DNA of 64,000 bases, from positions 760,584 through 824,583 of the forward strand of contig MU058451.1 in NCBI GenBank assembly GCA_013265495.1, in the 5' to 3' direction. The position numbers and the translations under genes were made by a program. This document shows, piece after piece, positions 24,934 to 37,130 of the stretch (position 1 is its first letter; every line of letters begins with the position of its first letter). The DNA is from Vicugna vicugna. Its lineage: Eukaryota. The notes below the pieces were generated by a model. That model was given only the letters and a program-made list of their open reading frames with translations. It searched no databases and was not told the origin of the DNA.

Positions 24934-25060
24934 CCGCTGCGGATCATGGCTCTGTAGGGTTGGCAGTTCTCACAGTAAACTCTTCAGTTTGGGGTCTCCA
25001 CAGCTATTTTTGAATACAATTTTAATTTTTTCTCTGGATGTGATTATAATCGAGGTAGAA
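24934..25060 (-). other. Candidate exon ending in a Kozak-context ATG (GCC ATG ATC CGC AGC GG|GTAAGA)
   Basis: Strong donor 'CGG|GTAAGA' and moderate acceptor 'gtcttttgaatag|'. The only ATG in the exon is at 24947. Confidence 0.2.
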
Positions 25061-25489
25061 CTATTCAAAAGACTTAAAATCTTAATTAGTTGATTTTCTT
25101 AAAACAGCAGGTGAATTTTTGAGCAATAATTATAAAAATTAGTAGAAATGTGAGTGGTGGTCAGCTAACATGCATGCCCCCAGCATGGCACCTCACCTCA
25201 ACCTGGTCTTACTGGGGAGTGACCCTCACAGCACTCTTAAAATTAACATTCTCATTCCTTCCATTGGGTAAGTGGTTAACTGTAGGAGAAAAGGGATCAG
25301 ATAGCATTTACTACTAGATACTTTGTATGTTCTGCCAGGGAAGTTTACATTTTAAATATTTGAACTTGGTAGACTAAAGAGGAGGAGAATGGGACAGAAA
25401 ATGTGAAATATGCACCTTATACTCTGTACAAGTGAGAAGTCACCTTGCTGTACTAGGAACCCCGCACCCCTCCCTCTCCCCCTCAAAAA

Positions 25490-25860
25490 CCCCAATGGCT
25501 GGAATGAATCAGGGGTCATTTTTATCTCATGCAAAGGCAGAATGGAGATAGGTAGTTTGGGACTGGCATGGTGGCTTCATGATGCATCAAGGATTTGGGC
25601 TTTGCCTTTGCCATCCTCGAGGAATGTGTCTCTTGTCCTCACGCTCCCAAGATGACATCTGAGCCCAAGCCAACTTGTGCACATATCAGGGAGAAGAAGG
25701 GAAAGGGGAAAGGACAAAAGAAACATGTCTCACTTGCATCAGTAGCCTTTAAAGAGTTTTCAAAGCCCTGTCCGGTCCCTCTGCTTGTACATCACTGTCT
25801 GTAGCTTGTGACCACCCCTTGCTATAAAGGAGGCTGGAAAACACAGTCGTTTATTTAGTT
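25490..25860. mobile_element. Old MLT1-type LTR fragment
   Basis: 'gtgaccaccccttgctataaaggaggctggaaaacacagtc' and 'ggcatggtggcttcatg' resemble old MLT1 LTRs. Confidence 0.55.
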
Positions 25861-27949
25861 CTTTGTAACTGAGCACTTGCAACCGTGGAAAAAATTGGGT
25901 TCTGCTGGACAAGGAGAGAATGAGTTGACCCTTGGAGAGGCGTCGGCAGCTCTGCGCTCTTCTTATCATACAGTGTATAAATATCCCAGTTAGAGAAACA
26001 CTTTATCGACTAGAATCAACTCCTGAATCTCGCCCAGGATTTTTCTATTTGTCTTCTGTCTCTCCCCACTGAGGAACATGATTCTATGGGGTTGGGAGCT
26101 CTCACAGAGAACCCTTCAGTTTTGTACATCCACAACCTGTTCTGAAGCATTTCCCATTGTTAGAGCCATTTATATTTAAACCCATTTCTACTGGTAAAAC
26201 AACCCATCTAAGAACCCTGAGCATTAAACACCTCCTTAAAACTACTCAAACGGTTTACTCTTTAGCTTACAACGTGGTTTACACCATCCTCCCAAAGAGG
26301 CAGTCAACTGAACATAGCCACCTGTTCCCCCTAGCCTCACCCCTACCCTGACCTTTAGGTAGAAACAGCATCAGCTTCTCAACACTGCAGGGCTTGCTTT
26401 GAAGTCACAATTTGCTAAGCTGTCCTGGTCAAAGCAGCAACAGTTAAGTCTGCCTTTTTAACTGGAATATTTGTCTGTGAATTTCTAAGTTAATGCATTT
26501 TGACACTAACCTGGTTTTTTGATCTTGATTTTCTTCATGTCCAATTTGTGTTCTTAGCACCTCAGAACTTCTCTGAACTAGTTTTCCACCTTAAATGATG
26601 CTACCTTTTCATGTAAACCCTGGGCTGTTGTCTTTACTACTCCATTGCCTGAAGAAAAAGTTACCTTAAAGTATTTTTCCTGCCACATCAGCTATAAGGT
26701 AAATCATTCCTTTATTCTTACCATTGTTAAATTATCTGCCTTTGGCAAGAGATCACAGAAAAACTACAAACGGGTCTAACCACACTGTCTACACTCTCAC
26801 TGGTCTGGCAAGAAACACTTTCTCTTCCAGACTTCTCCCCGTTCGCTGCACTCTCTTCTTTAGCAAGTTCCCTCTCGTAACGTTTGCATCTTGAATATCT
26901 CCTTTCTCTCTACACCCCTAACTACATCACTAGCTCTACACCCCTTCACTCGTATCATGACATTGAAATTATCTTAAATAATGAAGTAAAAGAGAAATGA
27001 TGAGCAGAGTGTGAAAATGACTTTCCAAGAAAACCCTTGGAAAAATCAGAATGTTTCTGATGTATTTTAGCCATGTACACATTTTTTTTTATAAAGCTCT
27101 TGTATCCATGAATTTGTGGTAGTTCTCCAAATTATATCTTTTTTTTACCAAGTAAATTTAAAGTTCATTAAATTGCCTCAGATTTGATGGAGGACTGAGC
27201 TCTGAAACGTGATTGTTTGAAGTGAGGCATAGATTAGCAAAATGATTTCCTTTTCTCTACGCATGGAAAAGATTATGCCACATTTAGCGAGGACCTACTG
27301 GAATTCTTGACTGCAGTTAAATCATGTTAGTATTTTCCTTCGGGTAGAGGCAGAGTGGTTGAGTCTGGTGAGTGATTCCATATAGGTGAAAACTTGGCGA
27401 GGAGCCTTATAACCTCAGGCTGTGAATCTGAGCTGAGCCATAATTTCCACACATCCCTCCGCATCTCTTAGAATACATATGGGGGACTAAGTTTTAAAGA
27501 GGTAGTGGAATTATTTCTATTTACTCAAGAACCGAACAGAGCTATTAGAAAGAAATCTTCAGGTCTTCTGCGGGATGAAAATAATTCTTCCACTGCTGCA
27601 AGACAGTGATGGAAGTTTTGTGAGCCAAGAGGAAGGCAGCTGAAAAGGACAAGAAAAATCATTATGAGTGTTTTTCCACTGCTTCAAGTCATTAAAATTG
27701 GCTAAAAATATTGAGAGTGATTTTTCATTGAAATGGCTCCTCCTACTATAACCTGTCAACATAGTGGTTCCTTTTCTTTCTTGATTTTTAAGTGTTACAC
27801 TGAAGCAAGGTAAGTTTATTCAGAATTGCGACAGTGCCGACGTTTCTAGAAGCATTCATGCTCTCGGGTGTTCCTTTCTCTGGTGGTAGAACTTAAAAGA
27901 GAAGTTTTTTTTTTTTTAAGTTCAAACAAATAAATACTTAATGAGCATA

Positions 27950-28200
27950 GGGTTTTTTTTTTTAAGACAAATTTTTAGAGCAGTTTAAAGTTTACAATAA
28001 AATTGAGAGGGAGGTACAGAGATTGGTTTGGATATCTGCACACATGAATAGCCTCCTCGTTATCAGCATCACTCGCCAGTATGATACTTTTTTTTTTGCT
28101 AACGATGAGCCTACACTGACACATCATAATCATCCAAGTCTGTAGTTCACCTAAGGGTTCACTCTTGGTGTCGTATATTCAGTGGATTTAGACAAATGTG
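27950..28200 (-). mobile_element. Old L1M 3' end
   Basis: 'cctacactgacacatcataatcatccaagtctgtagttcacctaagggttcactcttggtgtcgtatattc'. Confidence 0.8.
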
Positions 28201-28259
28201 CACGATTGGTTCTTAGTAGTGGAAATAGTAAGTCAACAAGAAGGTATACTTTTTATTTG

Positions 28260-28420
28260 ATAATTATTAGCAAATTTCTCTCCAAAAAGGCTGCCCCAAT
28301 TTTGACTCCCCAGTAAAGGCATCTGAGAGTGCTCAATACTCCAAGCCCTGACCAGGGCTGGGTATTTTAAAAGTTTCAATTTGGCGGCCCTCTGAGAGGT
28401 AAGATCATCTATTATACTGG
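28260..28420 (-). mobile_element. L1ME-like fragment
   Basis: 'ttctctccaaaaaggctgccccaattttgactccccagtaaaggcatctgagagtgc'. Confidence 0.55.
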
Positions 28421-29439
28421 CAAATCATTAGTACAGGATTTAAACCTAAAAATCCGGGGCAGTTTCCAGGAGCCTCATTCATGAAGTGCTATCTATATTT
28501 GAATACCGTGACCTGCCTTCTTCCTTCACTTGGCCTGCCCTTCTTTCCACTGTTTAATTGCCAGGTGAAAACACCCTCCTCCTGCTCCCCTCCATGTCCC
28601 TCCAGGCTTTTGCGGAGTCCTGTTTTGTAGCCCAAAGTAGAACAAACAAGGGATGAGCTTGTCATCACAGTCCCTTATTGCCAGAGGAACTTCTCTAGGC
28701 CAGTCCTGTCTCAAATCGGCAGAGACTGCAATGCTCAAATTGGAGTGTGTATAAAAGCCAGAGCATTGTGAAAAAGATTTGTGGGGTCTCCTCAGTAGGG
28801 TCTCATCCTGTAGATCTAAGATGGAGCTAGAACGTTTGTATTCAATAACACCATAGGTGATGCAGGCAGCCCCAAATTAGACTACTATAGGAGATGGCCA
28901 GCTTTTACCCAACCAGATTCAGGCTCTCTGAAGATGTCTTTATAGTCATGAGTGACAAGTAGGTCCCCGGTAATTGGGCTCCCCCAGTTACTGTGTACTC
29001 TCTGCCTTTAGGCTGTAATGAGACTTTGGGAGGGGCAGCTAAAAAGCCAATACCTGATGGCAGTTAAGAAAGGATTTTATTGACGTGGTGATCACTCAGT
29101 CACCCGAAAACAACTCCACTGAAGCGCCTTGGTGTGGCCGCATCACGTGCCCTTCCAACTGCTCTCTGCACTTCATATCACCTGGACCTCTGTCACCTCA
29201 ACGGAATTGGCAAAACTCTCAGGGGCAGCACCGTAATTGCGGTATGTAATTGTGGCTTGTGAGGGGGAGGAGGCAACGGGGGCACCCAGAAGTAGCTCTT
29301 GTTTGTCTCGGAGTTTTTTAGCTCTCTCATCAAGTTTGTAGATGTTGCTATTAATTGGTTCAGCTGGCCTGGCTCTGCTGGCTTCTGATTCCTTTTGCTG
29401 GCTTGATCTGCACTTAGCATGGTTCCCAGCTCATGCATG

Positions 29440-29720
29440 TAGTCAATACGTGTTTATTGAAGGTTCATATGTGCCTGCAACAAACTTCTTTGGAGAGTCT
29501 GCCTCTGGGCAGGCATTTGGGTCCTAGGGTATGAAGGCAAACAAGGTGGAGCTGGTCCTTGCCCCAGGAGGGTTCACATTCTAATTGTCAAGTCCACTGC
29601 AAACTGTAGTTCTATCAAGTGCTACAAAGAAGAACGTACAAGCTATAGTGGGAATGAGTAGTCTAACTGGGGGATCAAGTTCAGAAAAGTGTTCCTTTGG
29701 AGCATCCAAGACCAAGAAGA
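29440..29720 (-). mobile_element. L2 3' fragment
   Basis: 'caatacgtgtttattgaagg...ggtccttgccccaggagggttcacattcta'. Confidence 0.65.
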
Positions 29721-30858
29721 ACTGAAGTGATGAATCTTTTTGGTCAATATTATCATCTGTTTCGGGGTACTTTAAGTCGTTCTAATGGAGAGCTTTCCAG
29801 GACTGATGGGTTTGTCTTCTAGAGTCAATGTATAATGTATAGGGCTTCTTACTATGGCTCCCTGGTTCATTCTTAAAGACAAGTAGATGTCTTTTGCCTC
29901 TTTTTGCCCAGTATCCAGGCATGTGCTAAGTTCCCTGTGATCGTTCCAATATCAGAGCTAATTCTAGGCCCCAGACATGGCTTCCGGCCAGAGCAGTCAT
30001 GTGACCAGCTCCTGATGTGCTCCGGGAAGCACAATGACTACTCTCTGGAATGCTGATCAGACTTCTGTGAGCAGTGTGCTTTGTAGACAGATGACCCCAT
30101 GGATGGGTGGCTGGTGGACAGCTTGAACATCCTTATGCAGTTGTCTTTTGGATATCTCTTCATCACCATATATAGGGACATCTGCCATTGGGATTCTGTG
30201 AAATAAATTAACTTATTATGATTTGATCAGTCTGCACAGGGGACCTGGATACTCTGGTTTTCTTTGCTCCTACTATGCAAATGAGTAGTTTCTGATACCT
30301 ATTAAAGTAATCCAAAAAAAAGTATGTGCTGTGGACACAGTGACATAATTAAGACTGCTCTCTGATCTGCTGGGAGAAAGCTTTTAATGTACTTATCACT
30401 GGTACCATTGTAAGCACGTGAGTCTGGAAGTGATTGTGGAGTTGCTAAGTGAAACCTCTCTGAGCTAATTTCATAGAGAATCTGAAACTCCAGCAGTACT
30501 CAAATTTGAGAATGCATAAACATTAGAGTGTCTGTAAGGGATTGATGCCCTCTGGCATCATAAGATGAAATATTAAGAAGCAATGGTTTATGCTTATCAA
30601 AATCTGGTGATACCTATTTGCTTTTCTGAGGAGTGGCCTCAGACTGCCTTAGAATTCCTGAAGTGATTCAGTGATTGTTCAGGTCAACTTGACATAACTG
30701 ATTAAAGACCTAAACTGTTTCAGGGACATTGTGCTGGATGCTGGGAGGTGGTAAGAATGAATAAAGTAAGGTTTCCACCCTCAATATTTCATTAACCCCA
30801 GGGAATTTGTGGTATAGAAATCACAGTGCAGTTGACCAATATCAAGATAGTTTACTGT

Positions 30859-31083
30859 GAGGGTGGGAAGGGATAGACTGGGATTTCAAAATTGTAGAAT
30901 AGATAAACAAGATTACACTGTATAGCACAGGGAAATATACACAAAATGTTATGATAAATCACAGAGAAAAAAATGTGACAATGAGTGTGTATATGTCCAT
31001 GAATGACTGAAAAATTGTGCTGAACACTGGAATTTGACACAACATTGTAAAATGATTATAAATCAATAAAAAATGTTAAAAAA
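30859..31083 (+). mobile_element. Young 5'-truncated L1 3' end (camelid-type)
   Basis: Perfect 15-bp TSD aagatagtttactgt (30844-30858 / 31084-31098), with aataaa and an A tail. Confidence 0.93.
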
Positions 31084-31088
31084 AAGAT

Positions 31089-31542
31089 AGTTTACTGTAA
31101 TACCCCTTGTGACATAGGACAAGGTGGAGTAGGTGTGGCTAGTGACAAGGGGGTGAATAACACAGTAACGTCAGCCTTGATGGGGTGACCAGAGAGCACC
31201 TCATTTTACATCTTTCCTAAAATTTTCACATCTAATATAACAGAGCAGTTCCAAACTAAATGAAATCTCTCTGGAAATTATTTTATTGGTCTACTGTTCA
31301 CTTTTCAACATTTACAGTTTACTGTAATACCCCTTGTAACATAGGACAAGGTGCAGTAGGTGTGGTTAGTGACCAGGGGGTGAATAACACAGTAACGCCA
31401 GCCTTGATGGAGTGACCAGAGAGCATCTCATTTTTACATCTTTCCTAAAATTTTCACATCTAATATAACAGAGCAGTTCCAAACTAAATGAAATCTCTCT
31501 GGAAATTATTTTATTGGTCTACTGTTCACTTTTTAACATTTA
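31089..31542. repeat. Direct tandem duplication, two copies of about 227 bp
   Basis: Units are 31089-31315 and 31316-about 31542. I count 8 substitutions and 1 indel by eye. Confidence 0.95.
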
Positions 31543-32469
31543 GTGCAGTTGTTGCCTCTCTTGTGTGGCCACCCTGCCTGCCCTCCCACTTTGGTTCACA
31601 CTGTGCCCTCTATCTTCCCACAGCTGAGACGGCTCAAAGCAAAGAATACTGCCTTCTGAGAATCAGAACTTTTGAGTATTAGAAAACAACTAAAAAATCA
31701 ATCAACTAAAAAAAAAAAAATTCTCTGCATGTCGGAGCGGCTCCCCGCATCTGCATAGCCCATTTGGATCCAGTCAGCTATTACACTCATTCCCTTAAAA
31801 ACAGGAATGTACTTTTTGCACCATGGAAAGGTGGGTGGGGGAGGGGAACAGGAAGCAGGCATCTGGGTCTTAAATAGGCTGTCCTGGCAGGAGTTTTACC
31901 ACTGGAGGTGGCTGACACAGAGTCGGTCTGTGCTGAAGCCCCATGCTGAAGTGGAATTAGGGTGACTTCTTGCAGGGAAGGAGACAGAGTAGCCTCAACC
32001 TGTACTCCTACAAGTGTCCAAACCATTGCTCTGGCTGAACCATATAGCTCTTGACCAACTTATCCCAGGAGGCTGTCGCCGGTACTCCTGCAGATGCCCA
32101 AACACAGCCTTGTCCGGAAGGGAGGAAGGCAGGAGGGGCGATTGAGCTCCTCCTCTGAGGAGTTGAATGGAGTTTGGATGTTGGGATGGAGAAAGATGGA
32201 AAGTAGTTCCAAGTGCCTTTTTGGTGCACTTGGAGAGTTAATAAATGGTTCTGTGATTTGAGCTGAGCCTGCCTGGGAATTCAAGTTCCTACTCCCTACA
32301 CTACACAGCCGGCTAGCGTTTGGGGGCTTCTCTGCCTAGGAACCATCATGATCATTCAGTGTCAGGTAGTGTGGCTGCTTACATTTTCTGGTTTTAATGA
32401 ATGAGTATCATAGTTTCTCAAGATGACTTTTCCTGTTTTAGAATCTGTATTTCATAAAGGGAGTTTGAT

Positions 32470-32715
32470 GTAATGTAGAGGGTGTGGGCTTTGGGGTCAA
32501 GTGGACTCCAAAGTGGAATTTGTCTTCGAATCCTGGCTAGGGCATCTGGTAGAGCTATGACTCTGGGGCAAGTTACTGAAACTCCCTGAGCCTTAGTTTC
32601 CTCATCTATCGGGTTGTGAGGAAAATGCTCACCTTGTAGGATATAGTGAGTAGCAGTGATGTATATAAGGCATTTAACATAATATCTGGCCAAGAGTAGG
32701 CACTGGATAAATTAC
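32470..32715 (+). mobile_element. MIR SINE
   Basis: 'atgactctggggcaagttactgaaactccctgagccttagtttcctcatctat'. Confidence 0.8.
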
Positions 32716-34949
32716 TACATCTTTCATTTCCTTGAATCTGCCAGCAGGGCTTTGGTATAATCCTCTATAGTCATGGTTGGGGCTCAGCTGTCTAAACTGA
32801 GTTACGGATGTGGCAAAGAATACCTTTCTCTGCTTTCCACGATCCTCTGGGTGAGCCTGGGCAGAATGGATTTCAGAAGTTGCTCTCTTTAGAATCTCCC
32901 AAACAGGGCTGCAGTTGGTTGCCTGAGAGGTAGAGAATCTCTCTAAGGCTGTGGTTCTGCCTGTGAAATGTCAGTCTCCAAATTGTGCCTGAGGATGGTG
33001 AAAAGACTTCCTTCCGTAACTGTGCAAGCTGGTCAGATGTCTTGGCACCAGATGAAGCAGGGTTTTATGGGAGCTCACTACTATACATGTTTTGGCTGTA
33101 GAGATGAGAACTCTAGACGTTTTTGTTCAGGATTTTCTATTTTGTTTTTGGAAAAACAGGCAGAAAAGTTCTTGGAGTCTGAGTGGCAGCAAGCACACTG
33201 CTTGTCTACCCCTGAGATGTTATTTCATGTGCGAGATGGTCCCAATTCCAGAGTAAAGGGCACACCCAGTTGCCTACAAACTATACTTGATGCTGAACTC
33301 ATGCTGGCTGCTTGATGTCTTTATTCATTTCACCACCTTGGTATGATTACAAAGGGGCCAGATGCTGCAGGGGAGGCAGAGGTGACCTCAGGCTCCTCAC
33401 CTGTGTACCCAACTTCTGTGGGAGGGTACAAGGGACATACACCCCAAGTGTGGAAAGAACTACTCTACAAAGTACTGGATGTCTTAGGAGGTGTAACAGC
33501 CAAGTGCCTTGGAGGTTCCAAGGAAGGCAATGCTAAATCCAGGGATGGAGAGTTGGGACATTTTTGGAGAGGAAAACTCCTTCCTTGTGGTTAGAATATC
33601 ACGTGTTGGGTAGCAGTAAACCAGGTAAGAGGCAAGTTGGTCTTAAATAAAACCATACTCTGTTATTGAAAAAGAGCATTGGACTAATATGACTCTCAAT
33701 CACTTTAACATATAAGAACAGAAAAGGGAACCACTAGTGAACTAGGGCTCCCCGAGACACACACTGCAGACTCTTCCAGGAGACAAAAATGGGATTTTTT
33801 TTTAGTGCAAGAGATTACAGCTTATTTACTGAAGCTTAAATACATAAATCTAAATAGACCAAGTGCACAGATTTCTGAAGGCCAGTATCTCTCTGGAGAG
33901 TAAGTGAATGTTTTTCTAGAGATGTTACCAGTGTTACCAGTGTCAAGGATCCATAAATCCACCATTCTGTGTTTAGTTCATAACACCTTCAATCCTAAAA
34001 TAAAGCAAGCCTGGTTTTATGACATATTGATAGGGTCTTAACTGGCTTAAAAAAAACAAAAACCTTTTTTTTCTTTAAGAAAAAGAAGACCTACCTTTTC
34101 TTTCTCAAAACATTGGTGGCAGAAACATGGACAGACATACCAAATTAAAGGGGGACCCACGTCCCCATTTTATCTGAGTTTTATTGTGGGCCTGGAGTGG
34201 CCTTTGTATTTCTCCTCAGGGCTTTGAGTTCTTCTGGCAGGGCTGGAATTTTATAATTGAAATTTTTTCCATCTGACTTTGGCCCTTCGAGTAAATACTG
34301 TATAAGCTTTTCATTTTAAATCATGCTGAGTTTGAAGGGTGTCAAAGCAGATATGTAGTTCCTGTCTCCAACAGGAGCCTCCCCCGCAAGCAATCTCAGC
34401 TGCTTCTGGTCTTGATCTGCATGGATGGAGATAGACAAAAAAGGGATTTTGTGACTGTGCCATTCAGTGCCTTTTCATGCTGCCCCAATTACTCACCGTC
34501 CACCAGGAACATCTCCCCAAAGGATCAGTGCTTAACGCGCCTATCAGCACAAACCCTGAACGGCCTCAGCTCCATGCCTCCCTGCTTTCTCCTCTCTCCT
34601 GTGCTGTCTTTGTACTGTGTCTCCTCCCTACTCCTCCCCACCATCCTCTCTGAAACCTGAGTTGTTGCTCACTTGCTGCCTGGGATGCCCTTTACCCTGC
34701 TCTCCATGGTGACTTTTCCAATTGTCTCCCATTCCGCAGCCCCATTAAACACCCCTTTTCTCTCTTGTATCCGCAATCTTTCCCTCCCCACTGGCTTATC
34801 TTTTCCATCTGCTCATAAACATCTTCTTGTTTTTTTCATGTCTTAACAAACACAGAGATTAAAAATAAAGAAACAGTGACAATGAAAAGCTTTCCTAGAC
34901 ACGTAATGGTCATTTCTGATTTCTTTGATGTCTAGATTTCTGATGAGAC

Positions 34950-35450
34950 GAGGCTATATTTCTAAGCTGTTACTTATTCCACTAAATGTTGCTTTCCTCT
35001 CCGAGCAATTCAGACAAACTGCTCTCCCAAAGGTTACCCGAGGCTTCCTGAGATCAGATGCATTGCAGTTTCTCCACTCCCATGTGAGTTGACTTTATAC
35101 AAACCCTGACATTGTTGGCCACCTCTTCCAGCCCCCTTGTCCTCCATCCTTTAGATCTTCTCCACTGCTGGCTCCTCGTCTCCCATCTGTTCCTCAGAGG
35201 CACGTGTTTCTCAGGGTTCTGTGCTTATCTCCTGTTTGTCAGGCTACGTTTTCTCCCGACTCATCTCATTTAGGTCCAAATCTTTGGCTATCGTGTCGAC
35301 ACAGATGACTCCTAAATCTAGCTTTCTAACCCCAATTTCTCTCCTAATTACAAAGTCTCTCCTGAGACTGTTGAAAAAATCTGTTTGTGGATATGCATCC
35401 AGGCTTTTTAAACTCAACAGCACATACATCCAATTCATCTCCAGTTTATT
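34950..35450 (+). mobile_element. L2 LINE fragment (reverse-transcriptase region)
   Basis: 'cacagatgactcctaaatc' resembles the degenerate YADDSQI-coding L2 segment, and the flanking sequence is pyrimidine-rich and L2-like. Confidence 0.65.
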
Positions 35451-36804
35451 TTCCCGTCTAACCTTGCCTCTCCCCCCGGCAGCCCTCATCTTTGGTAGTA
35501 ATGTCCATCTCAAAGCCAGGCAGGCTGGGCCCCTTTGACCTGGTTGACATGTTCTCCACCTTCACTCTCGTCATCTGGTCAATCCAAAGTACCCGCAGTC
35601 TAGTGGCAGCGGGGTGAGAGAGTTCTGTGCCACTAAAGGGGGCTGGGGTCTGAGGAATATATTTTGGACATCAGATTGTACGTTTTCCCAGAGAAATGTG
35701 CAATGGGCAGAGACTGCGGGCACCAAGATCCACAGAGGGGCCGTGGGAAAGGGACTCAGGTCAGGTTCGGGAGGTGCCTGGAAGACAGTGATTCTCTGAT
35801 ACCCTCACACGGACTCTTCTAGAACAGTCTCAGAAAGGCTCCATCCTTTCTTATCGTGGTCATTCATTCACCTGCTTGTGCTTTACTTAGGATGACCTGT
35901 AATTCTATTAGAAATCTACTTAGCTCTGAGAAGGGACTTTGCATTTTCATTGGTAAGTTATTATTTTTTTTTTAATAAAAATTCTCTAGTACAAGCTACT
36001 TGCAAGCTGTGTTCAGCACAGTGTTCTTTCAGTGAATGGAGGTGATTCACATTCTGTAATGTGTGTTCTTCAGTGTTTAATAAAACTTGTAGTAAAAGAT
36101 ATTTCTAACGTCAGCAACAAAAAGTCCTCAAGTGCTAGGGAAGCTATAATTTTTCTGCCTTGTGATATACTGAAAAGCTTCCAAACATCTGCAGGTTAGT
36201 GATCTTTAAGGTATGTTAGAAGGAAACGCAAAAGGTTGTAGTGATTTTGAATTCATCTGGGGACTCTTTAGCTGTTGGTTATTTAAAAAATAGACCGAAG
36301 AAACAAATGAAATGCTCGAAAGATTATTTTATCCTCACTAAACTCTTTGAACATCCTAGGTACAAGTTTTCTCATGAAATTTTAAAAGTCTGGTAAGATT
36401 TGAAATTTTACAAGGGTACAAATTTGAATTAGATCTATGATTGAAAAATTTTAACTTAAAAACACAAAATCTTTGTTTCTATGATTTACAAAATACAAAT
36501 TGATCTATATAATAATTCCTTTTCAATTTTGTCTTAGTAGAACAACAATGTTTTTCAAACGAAAGGAATTAAATATAGGATGTTGGGAGGTCATAGGATG
36601 AACTAAGAATAGGTTAAAATTCAAAATTCTATGACTAATTGAATCAAATCAATGACTATTCTAAATATGGATCATAATTCTACATCTCTATATAAATTTG
36701 GATGAGAATTTTAAAATAATTATAACTTGTACCACATATAAAATCTAAATGGCAAATTCTTTCTTTATAAGAACAAATTCAAGTTTTTGTGTTCATGATG
36801 GCAT

Positions 36805-37130
36805 TTGGCTAAAAGCTTGGGCTCTGGGGCCATACTGCTAGAATTCAAATCCTAGATCTGCTGCTCACTAGCTGTGTGGCCTTTGCAAGTTTCTGAACTT
36901 CTCAGACTCAGTTTACTCATCTTTAAAATAGTTATCATCTTTTGAGCATTTAATGTCTACCAGCACTATTTCAAACATTTTACGTATATTATAGCAATTA
37001 ATTTTCATTAATATTCCTATTTTGTTGATGAAAGACACAAAAACACAGAGAGGTTAAGTAATTTGCTTAAGGTCATGCAGCTAGTTAAGGGGGTAACCAA
37101 CACCAGCCCTATCTCACTCTAGTATCCATG
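36805..37130. mobile_element. Two MIR fragments in opposite orientation
   Basis: Plus-strand MIR at about 36805-36930 ('gctgtgtggcctttgcaagtttctgaacttctcagactcagtttactcatc'). Minus-strand MIR at about 36930-37130 ('cacagagaggttaagtaatttgcttaaggtcatgcagctag'). Confidence 0.8.

Noticed and set aside
31089-31542. Tandem unit considered as a CRISPR-like or satellite array
   Set aside because: Only two 227-bp copies, no spacers, and a mammalian context.
177-31661. Scattered TTCNNNGAA (STAT5/BCL6-like) sites, e.g. 177, 2217, 10624
   Set aside because: The motif is expected roughly once per 4 kb and I saw no clear enrichment.
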